A stretch of DNA of 64,000 nt, from the NCBI GenBank assembly GCA_963760795.1, contig CAVXEP010000003.1, positions 128,001 to 192,000 on the forward strand, in the 5' to 3' direction. Origin of the DNA: an uncultured delta proteobacterium. GTDB taxonomy: Bacteria > Desulfobacterota > Binatia > UBA9968. Each line of letters begins with the position of its first letter. Within the stretch, counting starts at the first letter, position 1. Below are positions 55,613 to 64,000 of the stretch, in pieces. The notes under the pieces were generated by a model. It did not search any database, was not told the DNA's origin, and worked only from the letters and a program-made list of their open reading frames with translations. The position numbers and the translations under genes are program-made.

Positions 55613-56935
55613 CTAAGCTTGTGCCGGCTGCGCACCCACCGGTGGTGGCGCAGCTACACTGGGCTTGGATTTGATCTGCAGTGCCAATCCGGCGGCGATC
55701 ATTGCGATAAACCCGCCCGCCATGAAGGCCACGTTATACTCGCCGAGATAGTCGCGCACCGCGCCGGCTGCCGACGCCATGATCGCGGCGCCGATCTGAT
55801 GGGACATAAAAATCCAGCCGTATACTTTGCCGACATTTTGCCGGCCGAAGGTATCGGCGGTGATCGCCATCGACGGCGGCACGGTGGCAAACCAGTCCAA
55901 TCCGTAAATAATCGCAAAGATGACCAAGCCGGTAAAGCTCGTAACGAACGGCAAGATGAGTAACGACAGGCCGCGCAAGGCGTAAACCAGCGCCAACCAT
56001 TTATGCGGCGATACCTTATCGACCATCCAGCCGGAAAAGGTCGTGCCGACGATGTTGAGCGTGCCCATGATGCCGACCAAAGATGCGGCGGCGATCTGCG
56101 GGATGCCGATCTCGATTTCATGCGGGATCAAATGCGTGCCGATCAAACCATTGGCCGTGCCGCCGCAGACAAAGAAGGTGCTGCACAATAGCCAAAAGGT
56201 CGGGTTGGTGACGACTTCGCGCGCCGTGATCGTGGCATTCTTCGAGGACATGCCGCGCAGCGAGGCCGCGCCACCGCCGACATTGGTCTGTCCGGCGCCG
56301 TAGGGCTCCAAGCCGACATCGGCAGGATCGTCGCGCATGAAGAGATACAGTAGCGGCAACAAAAGGATCGCGAGAATGATCAAAACCGTCGAACCGATGC
56401 GCCATCCGGAGTTGGCGATCATCCACATGAAGAACGGCAGAAATATCAGTTGACCCGTCGAACTGGCGCTGCCGAGAATTCCCAGCGCCAGCCCGCGCCG
56501 CGCGACAAACCAGCGATTTCCCACCGTGGCGGTCAACACCGAGCCGACGCCGCCAGCGCCCAGACCTACGATGACGCCCCAAACCAAAAAAAATTGCCAG
56601 AACTCGGTCATGGCAACCGTGCCGCTGACCCCAGTGATCAAAAGAATCAGGCTGCCGAGCATGACCTTGCGCGGCCCGAAGCGGTCGATCAGCCAGCCAC
56701 TAATCGGCGCGGCCACGCCGAAGAGCAGCAGATTCATGCTGATCCCCGAAGCGATCAGTGCCCGGCTCCAGCCGAACTCCAGCTGCAACGGAAGAATCAA
56801 GACTTGCGGCGACGAGCGCACGCCTGCGCTCGTTAGAGTGGTCAAAAAACACAACGACACAATGAACCAACCATAATAAAAAGGCAGTGAGATCGGCGGA
56901 CGCTTCTTGGGAGTGCCAGCGCTGTCGTGTTCCAT
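55613..56935 (-). CDS. MFS transporter
   Basis: FYYGWFIV, GWLIDRFGPR, WFVARRGLALG, YGLDWFATVPP, SHQIGAA. Confidence 0.9.
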   Translation of the reverse strand: MEHDSAGTPKKRPPISLPFYYGWFIVSLCFLTTLTSAGVRSSPQVLILPLQLEFGWSRALIASGISMNLLLFGVAAPISGWLIDRFGPRKVMLGSLILLITGVSGTVAMTEFWQFFLVWGVIVGLGAGGVGSVLTATVGNRWFVARRGLALGILGSASSTGQLIFLPFFMWMIANSGWRIGSTVLIILAILLLPLLYLFMRDDPADVGLEPYGAGQTNVGGGAASLRGMSSKNATITAREVVTNPTFWLLCSTFFVCGGTANGLIGTHLIPHEIEIGIPQIAAASLVGIMGTLNIVGTTFSGWMVDKVSPHKWLALVYALRGLSLLILPFVTSFTGLVIFAIIYGLDWFATVPPSMAITADTFGRQNVGKVYGWIFMSHQIGAAIMASAAGAVRDYLGEYNVAFMAGGFIAMIAAGLALQIKSKPSVAAPPPVGAQPAQA

Positions 56936-57094
56936 CTCTTCATATAGACTGAATTCAGCGACAATCACAACCAGGATTGTCCCAGCCAGGCAAGAAGCCA
57001 AAGCGAGTAAATTGACAGCCCGGCGCGCGATCAGGTAGTAATTGCCAATACGCCAAGTTATTCAATCAAACTGTGACAGGAACAAAGTAGCTGA

Positions 57095-57679
57095 ATGAGA
57101 TTCTCCCAACGTAACCTTGCCGCCATTCTTGCCGCGCTCGCTCTGTCGCTGATAGCGATTACCCACACGGCCGCCGACTTTCCCGAAGAAATTCCCTTCG
57201 TGCCGACACCGATGGACGTCGTCGACAAAATGCTTGAGCTGGCGGAAGTCAAAAAAGGCGATGTGGTCTATGATCTCGGCAGCGGCGACGGCCGCATCGT
57301 CATCCGCGCCGCGAAAAAATATGGTGTCCGTGCGGTGGGCATCGAAATGGACCGGCTACTGCTCGACAAAGCTCGTAAAGACGCCAAAGCCGCCGGGGTC
57401 AGCCACCTGGTCGAATTCCGCGCCGAAGACGCCATGAAAGTCGATCTCACCAAAGCCAGCGTGGTCACGCTTTACATGCTGCCCTGGTTCAACGAAGCGA
57501 TGAAACCAAGCTTCAAGAAATATTTGAAACCCGGCGCCCGCATCGTCGCCCATGATTTTGGCATTGAAGGCTGGGAACCGGACAAGACCGTTAAGCTGCC
57601 CGACCCCGAGAAAAAAGTCGGCGGGTTGATCCACTATCACACGTTGTTTTTGTGGCGAATTGGCAAGGGTGGGAAGTAA
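57095..57679 (+). CDS. Class I SAM-dependent methyltransferase with N-terminal signal/TM segment
   Basis: PFVPTP, YDLGSGDGRIV, VVTLY, LKPGARIVAHDF. Confidence 0.9.
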   Translation: MRFSQRNLAAILAALALSLIAITHTAADFPEEIPFVPTPMDVVDKMLELAEVKKGDVVYDLGSGDGRIVIRAAKKYGVRAVGIEMDRLLLDKARKDAKAAGVSHLVEFRAEDAMKVDLTKASVVTLYMLPWFNEAMKPSFKKYLKPGARIVAHDFGIEGWEPDKTVKLPDPEKKVGGLIHYHTLFLWRIGKGGK

Positions 57680-57781
57680 CCGCGCAACTGCCTGGTTACC
57701 GACTTAGGGCTGGTAGCCATTGGCTTCACGACACCGGCATTGCGCCTCGCCTTACGCCAAGTTAAGCCGCGGCATAGCGGG

Positions 57782-58230
57782 TCACTCTGCGGCGATCTTG
57801 ACCAGGTCGCCGCGCAATATGGCATGGGCGGCGGCCCCGGCGTGACACTCGAACTCGCTCGGACTCGCCATCTCGACATTGTTACAATAGCTGACGATGT
57901 TGATCACGCCATTGGCGCCCGCCTGCTTGGCGCGTTTTTGAAGTTCGACCAGCGCCGCCAGGAACGCTGGCGTTGCACGCTTTGACATCGTCAGTACGGC
58001 GCGTGCTCGCTTTGCCGTGAGGGGTAGCATTCCCCAAGTTGGTGACGATCGCCAGAGTCGGCTGCTTGCCGAAGAAAAACTTAACAGACCCGTCGGGTTT
58101 TTCACGAGCCTCAGACGATTCCAGAGCCGCTTTGATCAGCAGCAGATATCTATCGTTCCTGGCCTGGGCGGAGCAGACGACGGCGAGTGATACCGCCAGC
58201 CCAATGGTTGAGAAGCGAACCGATTTCAGC
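57782..58230 (-). CDS. Exported small protein, paralog of 58340-58786, frameshifted or decaying; start approximate
   Basis: AQARNDRYLL...DGSVKFFFG...KRAKQAGANGVINIVSY...EFECHAG. Confidence 0.65.
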
Positions 58231-58339
58231 GCCTTGCCCTACGTTTGGTTGAAACCTGACTGCGCGGACCGCTCCGATGACCGCCAACTTCGGTGCTCGA
58301 AAAATCTTTACCTAAGAACTTCCCGACGCCAGCAATGCA

Positions 58340-58786
58340 CTATTCCGCGATCTTGACAAATTCCCCCCTCAAAGCGACGCCGACGACGATGTTACCGGCG
58401 TGGCACTCAAACTCCGTCGGGCTTGACATGACATTCTTCTGATAATAGCTGACGATATTGACGACGGCATTGGCGCCCAATTGTTTGGCGCGCTTATCGA
58501 GTTGAATCATTGCCGACAGAAACACCCAGTTGCACGCCCTTTCATCGGACTTACCGACGCTATTGGTCTTTTGATTGGTCGAATCGGTGCCGAGCTTGGT
58601 GAGAATTTTTGGCGTCTCCTGGTTGCCGAAATAGAACTTCACCGAGCCGTCAAGCTTCTCTTTGGCATCTTTGGCTTCCAGGGCGGGTGCGACCGGAAAC
58701 ATAAGTTTAGTATCGCGCGCGTGCGCCGGCCAAACAGCGCCCAAGGTTAACGCGGCGACAATCGTCAATTGAGAAATTCTTTTCAT
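58340..58786 (-). CDS. Exported small protein of the family commonly mislabelled 'excinuclease ATPase subunit'
   Basis: Signal AHA/RDT; VKFYFG, KSDERACNWVFLSA, GANAVVNIVSYY, FECHAG; no ATPase motif. Confidence 0.8.
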   Translation of the reverse strand: MKRISQLTIVAALTLGAVWPAHARDTKLMFPVAPALEAKDAKEKLDGSVKFYFGNQETPKILTKLGTDSTNQKTNSVGKSDERACNWVFLSAMIQLDKRAKQLGANAVVNIVSYYQKNVMSSPTEFECHAGNIVVGVALRGEFVKIAE

Positions 58787-58950
58787 CGATCTCCTCCTTC
58801 TGGGGTTTAGGCTTAGAACTATAAACTCTCTACGACCCGAACGGCAACTCCTTTGATTCAACGATCTTCACTAAGTCTGCCTTTCAGCCATACTGTCACG
58901 ATGATCTTAGATTAGCGATTTCATCCTGACAACCTCTGGAAAAATTTTTC

Positions 58951-59949
58951 CTAAGCCATCCGCCGGAAGATCAACGAGGTGTTGATGCCGCCGAAGGCGA
59001 AGTTATTCGACATGACGTACTCGCACTCGAGCACGCGGCCTTGGTTGACGATGTAACCGAGCTCGGCGCAGGCGGGATCCACGCTTGCCAGATTGATCGT
59101 CGGGGCGAACCAACCGCTGCGCATCATTTCGATCGACATCCACGCTTCCAGCGCGCCGCAGGCGCCGAGGGCGTGCCCCATGTAACTCTTGAGCGAGCTC
59201 ACCGGCACCTGGTTGCCGAACAGTTTGCCCGTCGCCAGCGATTCGGCGACATCGCCATGCTGCGTGCCCGTGCCATGAGCATTGACGTAACCGATCGCCG
59301 ACGGCGGTAAATTGGCATCGGCGAGCGCCAGCTCCATCGCCACTTGCATGGTTTTGGCGTTGGGCTGCGTGACATGACAGCCGTCGCTGTTGGTGCCGAA
59401 ACCGACGATCTCGGCATACACCGGCGCGCCGCGCGCTTGCGCATGCTCGAACTCTTCGAGAATCAGCGTACCGGCGCCCTCGCCGAGGACCAAACCATCG
59501 CGATCGATGTCGAAGGGGCGCGGCGTGGTATCGGCGGCATCGTTGCGCACGCTAGTAGCGAACAGCGTATCGAAGACCGCCACCTCGGTGACGCATAACT
59601 CTTCGGCGCCGCCGGCGATCATCGCCCGCTGTTGGCCGGCGCGAATCGTCTCATAGCCATAGCCAATGCCCTGGCTGCCCGAGGTGCAAGCGCTCGAAGT
59701 CGTAATGATCCGCCCAGTGACGCCGAGAAATACCCCGAGGTTGACCGGCGCGGTATGGCCCATCATTTTGATGTAAGTGGTGGCATTGATGCCCTTGGTG
59801 CTTTTCTCGCTAATCATCAAGCCGAAATCGCAAATCGCTTTCGGCGTCCCGGTTGAGGAACCGTAAGCGATTCCGAGCCGTCCACTCTTAACTAAAGGAT
59901 CGTCCAACAGGCCGGCATCGAGAAGAGCGAGCTCGCTGGCGCGCGTCGC
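58951..59949 (-). pseudogene. Beta-ketoacyl-ACP synthase (aryl-polyene-cluster FabF-like), 5' end deleted
   Basis: GIAYGSSTG, ATTYIKMM, TSSACTSGSQ, NAHGTGT, KSYMGH, NNFAFGG; the N-terminal RVVITG region is replaced by transposase DNA. Confidence 0.85.
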
Positions 59950-60625
59950 TGCATCAACTGCTGCCCGCGCTCGCCCCGGATGCGCCGCCGATTGGCATAC
60001 ACCGCGTCGCGCTAAGCGTGCTGATCGGTCCAGTGCTGCCGACCACGATCCGGTTCGCTGATGTAGGTACACAGTCCCAGGCTCTGCATATCGAGCACGG
60101 TTTCCTTGCTGTGATAACCCGTGTCGGTGACCACTTCCCCCACCGTCTTTACCTTTTCGTTGATCGCGGCTACAGCTTCGAGCTGTTCGACCGCTTCGGG
60201 TAGCGTCGTCTGAATCGCGGTCGTGTCGCCTTGATCAGCTTCTTGCAACGTGACGGCCACGGGGTCATGCGGCGGATGCGTCCAGTCCTGGTTGGACCCT
60301 TTGTTCTTGCGCTTGCGATCGAGCTTTGCCAGATCCTCCCGCGTCGGGGTCTCAATGCCAGAGGCCTGGGCCAGCTTGGTCAAAAAGTCGTTTATATGTC
60401 TCTCCGGTGTCGCGGCGCACGATGCTGCGCAGGGCCGCGTTCGCTTCGAGCGTGGTGGAGTCTAGCAATCGTTTTTCCCTTGATCAGCCGGGCGATGCCC
60501 AGACACTGAAGCACCCACGTGAATACCGTCCGATGGGTGTCCAAATCGATCAATCGCCGCGTCCGCGATATCGTGGAGTGATCCCGGCGCAGCCTCTGTC
60601 AGCGCCAGTCCGAGAAACGCGGCAG
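59943..60625 (-). mobile_element. IS1182-like DDE transposase remnant with a stop, frameshifts and an internal deletion
   Basis: HSTISRTRRLIDL, DSTTLEANAALRSIVRRDTG, SGIETPTREDLAKLDRKR, VVTDTGYHS, AVYANRRRIRGERG. Confidence 0.75.
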
Positions 60626-60901
60626 CTCGTCTGCGAGCATATTGCTGCGACGGTGGCACACTTCAAGGCGAAAATTCCTTTGCCCAACCCCCCGCCCTGC
60701 ACCGATTTAGCCACTCTCAACTGATTTTTTTAGGTTTATCGGTTTTCGACTTTGACGGGACCGTGAGCACTAGTGATGCCCCATCTCCAAAGTCTCGTCG
60801 CCGCCGCAGCATTCGATTTCAGATCATCTTCTTGCTTTCTCGGTCAGTGAGAGTGCTTACAACACACGCGCAGACTTTGGTGACCCCGGTTAAGCGCATC
60901 C

Positions 60902-61343
60902 GTGCTGGCGCCCAACGCCAAGTTGCGCGGCGAAATCATTCCCAGTCCGCCAGAGCAGGAAACCGAGCCCTCAAAGGATGCCGCGCGCGGCACGCCGGCG
61001 CGCATGAGCTGGGCTCGACTGCTCAAACGGGTATTCGACTTTGACATCGAGCGCTGCGCCAACTGCGGCGGCGATTTGAAGATCATCGCTGCGATCGAAG
61101 ATCTGCCGGTGATCGACAGGATCCTCAGCCATCTGGGCTTGCCAACGCGAGCCGACGGCGCTGCTCGCTCTGAGTTCGAGCGAGCGGCGCGAAAAGGAAC
61201 ATTTCGCGCGCCTGCGACCGGTTCGCCGCCGGAGCCGACCCAGGCAAAAGCGCAAATTTCACTAATCGCTCCGACGATTGACACCCTCGCTTGTTCAGCG
61301 ATATAGATTCGGTCAGAAACAAGGTGGTTTAAAAATACTATTC
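60902..61343 (+). mobile_element. IS91/ISCR-family transposase 3' fragment with oriIS-like end
   Basis: VLAPNAKLR...SWARLLKRVFDFDIERCANCGG..KIIAAIED..VIDRILSHLGL; GGTGGTTTAAAAATACTATTC at 61323-61343. Confidence 0.8.
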
Positions 61344-61884
61344 ATCTACGGTCGAAATTTTCACAACGGAGCATCTACTTTGGTAAGGAATAACTTCAGA
61401 TCCAAGTTTTCGTGTTTAACTCCGGGATCGTTCGCGATAGCTTGTTGGTTATGATGAGCCGTGAAGAGTGGGAGAGCGCGATCTCGACCAACCTTAACGG
61501 ATTTCATAATATTATGCATGTGGTTTTATTTCCAATGCTCCGTGAAAAAAGGGAACACATCGTGGTGGTCTCATCCACTTCCGGACAAATAGGACAGGCC
61601 GGGCAGGTTAATTACTCAGCTTCAAAGGCAGGATTGATTGGCGCGGCGAAAGCCTTGGCGCACGAAGTTGGTAAAAAAACATTCTTGTCAACGTTGTTGC
61701 TCCCGGCCTGATTGAAACGGATATGACTGAAGGGTTTCCCGCAGATCAAATTATGCGCCTGATTCCTCTGAGGCGCCTTGGCAGAGTGGAAGATGTTTCT
61801 TCGGTGATTCATTTTCTGTGCACAGACAAGTTCACGTATATCCATGGACAGGTGATTGGCATTAACGGAGGTTTGGCAACGTGA
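61344..61884 (+). pseudogene. 3-oxoacyl-ACP reductase (FabG-like), 5'-truncated and frameshifted
   Basis: NSGIVRD, GQVNYSASKAG (YxxxK), NVVAPGLIETDM, GQVIGINGG; no N-terminal TGxxxGIG. Confidence 0.8.
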
Positions 61885-63419
61885 GTCAATCCTCTGTGAA
61901 GCACTACGATAATATCGTCGTTGGAAGCGGAGCGAGCGGCTTATCGTTAGCCCAGCTGCTCGCATTGAGTGGCAAGAAAGTGCTGCTCATTGAAAAAGGG
62001 TGGTATTTGGGCGGGAGCCTGACGCGTTTTAAAAAGAAGGGGATTCCCTTTGATACCGGTTTTCATTTTACTGGTGGTTTTACCGATGGCGGGGTTCTCG
62101 ACGAAATGCTTAGAGCGCTGGGTATTCGTAATAGCATTGAACCGATTTTTTTGGATGATCCCGGATCGAATCGCTACGTCTTTGAAGGGGACGGCAAAGC
62201 TTATGACTTTCCCCGAGGCGTTGAGGCTTTTAAGGCCAGCTTGAAAGGTTATTTCCCCAATGAGACACAAGGCATTGACCGTTATTTCGAGATGAGTGAG
62301 AGGTGTTACCGGGAAACGCCCTCGCTTGATCTTCGAAGAATCACGGACACACCCAATGTGCTTGAAGAGGATTATAAAACACTCGCTAGTGTGCTTGATG
62401 AATTGTTTCAAAGTAAACACATTAAAGGTGTGCTTTCCACTTATTGTATGTGTTACGGAGTAAAACCGTCAGAGGTTTCCTTTGCGAATCATGCGCGTGT
62501 GGCATACGCACTTTATGAAGCAGTGGCGCGTGTGAAAGGCGGCGGCGACGCTTTTGTAAACGCGTTTGAGAAGGCGTTTGAATCATTGGAGGTCGACATC
62601 CGGCTGCGAACTTATATCACCTCCTGTGAAGATATTCAAAACCGTGCGGTGGGGCGATTTGTTTTGAATACCGGCGAGCAAGTCTCTTGTGATCAGTGTA
62701 TCTTTACGATTCATCCCTATTCCATTCTTGAAACGCTTCCGCGGGAACATTTGAATAAAGCGTTTATAGAGCGCGTTCGGAACTTTGAGCCGTCGCTAGG
62801 TTTTTTTTCTTTATACTGCGAACTCAAAACGGATAACCCCGATGAACCGATTAGCCCAACCATCACCACCCTGCTTCCCGTGTCTGATGTTAATACTTTG
62901 ATGGATCCTGAAAACGCGGGCCCAACGGCGGTTGTTGTGTTGACTAGTAATGAAGAAGTGAAGGGAAAGCTTCGGAAAGTTATGACAGTGCTAGAGCCGT
63001 CGTTTTTGCGAGATGTGGAGGATTGGAAAGATACTTCCCTGAAAAGACGACCTAAATCTTATTCGCTGTATAAACAGGATCGTGTGGATAAGATTTTGAA
63101 ACGCATAACTGATTCTTGTCCGGAATTTAGAGGGCGTATCGAAGTGGTTGAAGTGGCTTCGATGCTTAGTTATCGGTTCTTTTTGCATTCGCCGGACGGA
63201 TCGGCATACGGTGTAAAACAGAAAATTGGTCAAATTAATTTATTTGGAAGGCTCCCTTTTCGGAATTGCTATGCTTGTGGGCAAAGTGCCATCCTTCCTG
63301 GTATTGTCGGTGCGATGATGTCTTCTTTTATTGTTTCGAGGGCCATTTTAGGCCGCGACGAATACGATAAATTCATGCAGGAGAGACTCCCCCGTGAAAC
63401 GTGTGGTTATTACCGGTAG
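61881..63419 (+). CDS. FAD-dependent oxidoreductase, phytoene desaturase/retinol saturase family
   Basis: VVGSGASG, LIEK...GG, FDTGFHF, VKGGG, GSAYG, GQS..LPGIVGA. Confidence 0.88.
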   Translation: MSQSSVKHYDNIVVGSGASGLSLAQLLALSGKKVLLIEKGWYLGGSLTRFKKKGIPFDTGFHFTGGFTDGGVLDEMLRALGIRNSIEPIFLDDPGSNRYVFEGDGKAYDFPRGVEAFKASLKGYFPNETQGIDRYFEMSERCYRETPSLDLRRITDTPNVLEEDYKTLASVLDELFQSKHIKGVLSTYCMCYGVKPSEVSFANHARVAYALYEAVARVKGGGDAFVNAFEKAFESLEVDIRLRTYITSCEDIQNRAVGRFVLNTGEQVSCDQCIFTIHPYSILETLPREHLNKAFIERVRNFEPSLGFFSLYCELKTDNPDEPISPTITTLLPVSDVNTLMDPENAGPTAVVVLTSNEEVKGKLRKVMTVLEPSFLRDVEDWKDTSLKRRPKSYSLYKQDRVDKILKRITDSCPEFRGRIEVVEVASMLSYRFFLHSPDGSAYGVKQKIGQINLFGRLPFRNCYACGQSAILPGIVGAMMSSFIVSRAILGRDEYDKFMQERLPRETCGYYR

Positions 63420-64000
63420 AGGCGTCGTTAGTCCTTTCGGCAGCAACCTGACTTCTCTGATGGATGGTTTGGAGAAGTCAAAAAGTGGGGTGCTACGAAT
63501 GCCTGGTTGGGAGGAATATAAAGGGCTCAATAGTCTTGTTGGCGCACCGGCGGAATTGAAAGGTGAGAATGCGTTCCCGCGAAAAATTCGCCGATCCATG
63601 GGGCGCTTGAGTGTTTTTGCTGCCTTGGCGGCAAAACAGGCAGCTGAAGAATCGAAGATCGAGGAAGGCCTTTTGAAATCGCGGCGTTTGGGCTGCATTA
63701 TGGGGTCCACCATGGGGAGTGCGGAGGCGCTGAATGAAGCTTTCGAAATTATGCTGCCGAACCACGATTTGTCTCAACTGTCTTCCATGGGTTTTTTTAA
63801 ATGCGTGTCACATACGGCGGCCATGAATGTCGCCCAGGCCCTGGGTGTTAGAGGGTATGTGATGGCTCCCTCTGCCGCTTGTGCCTCGTCATTACAGGCG
63901 CTTGGGTTAGGCTATGAGCTGATTCGAAGCGGAAGGCAGGATGTTTTGCTTTGTGGCGGCGCCGAGGAGCTTCATCCAATTGTGACCGGTATTTTTGAGA
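63394..64000 (+). CDS. Beta-ketoacyl-ACP synthase (FabF-like), runs off the window edge
   Basis: Own translation: MKRVVITGRGVVSPFG...RRSMGR...SAACASSLQALGLG...GGAEELH. Confidence 0.9.
   Translation, partial: MKRVVITGRGVVSPFGSNLTSLMDGLEKSKSGVLRMPGWEEYKGLNSLVGAPAELKGENAFPRKIRRSMGRLSVFAALAAKQAAEESKIEEGLLKSRRLGCIMGSTMGSAEALNEAFEIMLPNHDLSQLSSMGFFKCVSHTAAMNVAQALGVRGYVMAPSAACASSLQALGLGYELIRSGRQDVLLCGGAEELHPIVTGIFE

Noticed and set aside
58340-58786. UvrA/excinuclease function
   Set aside because: About 148 aa with a signal peptide and no Walker motifs; the common label is a misannotation.

Overview
About 64 kb of GC-rich bacterial chromosome. The gene order (xerC-hslVU-argBDFGH-lipoprotein-lysA-dapFAB, alpha2-type GlyRS) and the intergenic repeats suggest a deltaproteobacteria-like lineage such as Candidatus Binatia; this is an inference. 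Many genes, including housekeeping ones (argG, argH, xerC), carry single-base frameshifts that are best read as uncorrected long-read indels, so I merged split ORFs. Left to right the window holds: an Mla/Mce-type ABC operon; MFS, VOC, radical SAM and nth genes; a TctABC transporter; gloA; a ~9.5 kb sigma54-driven phosphorelay island bracketed by two copies of the 3' end of an LLM oxidoreductase gene; an enamidase-like amidohydrolase; a metal-uptake operon headed by a hidden DUF2946-like RGPP leader peptide; a divergent 7-gene ECF sigma operon ending in DUF3106-DUF1800-DUF1501; a heterodimeric ABC exporter; the Arg/Lys biosynthesis superoperon; and a broken aryl-polyene-like cluster joined through IS1182-like and IS91-like remnants to a lower-GC fabG / FAD oxidoreductase / ketosynthase cluster. 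I found no rRNA, tRNA or CRISPR array. The best candidates for undescribed systems are the ECF operon with its apparent anti-sigma-tail mimic, the leader-peptide-controlled metal operon, and the phosphorelay island.
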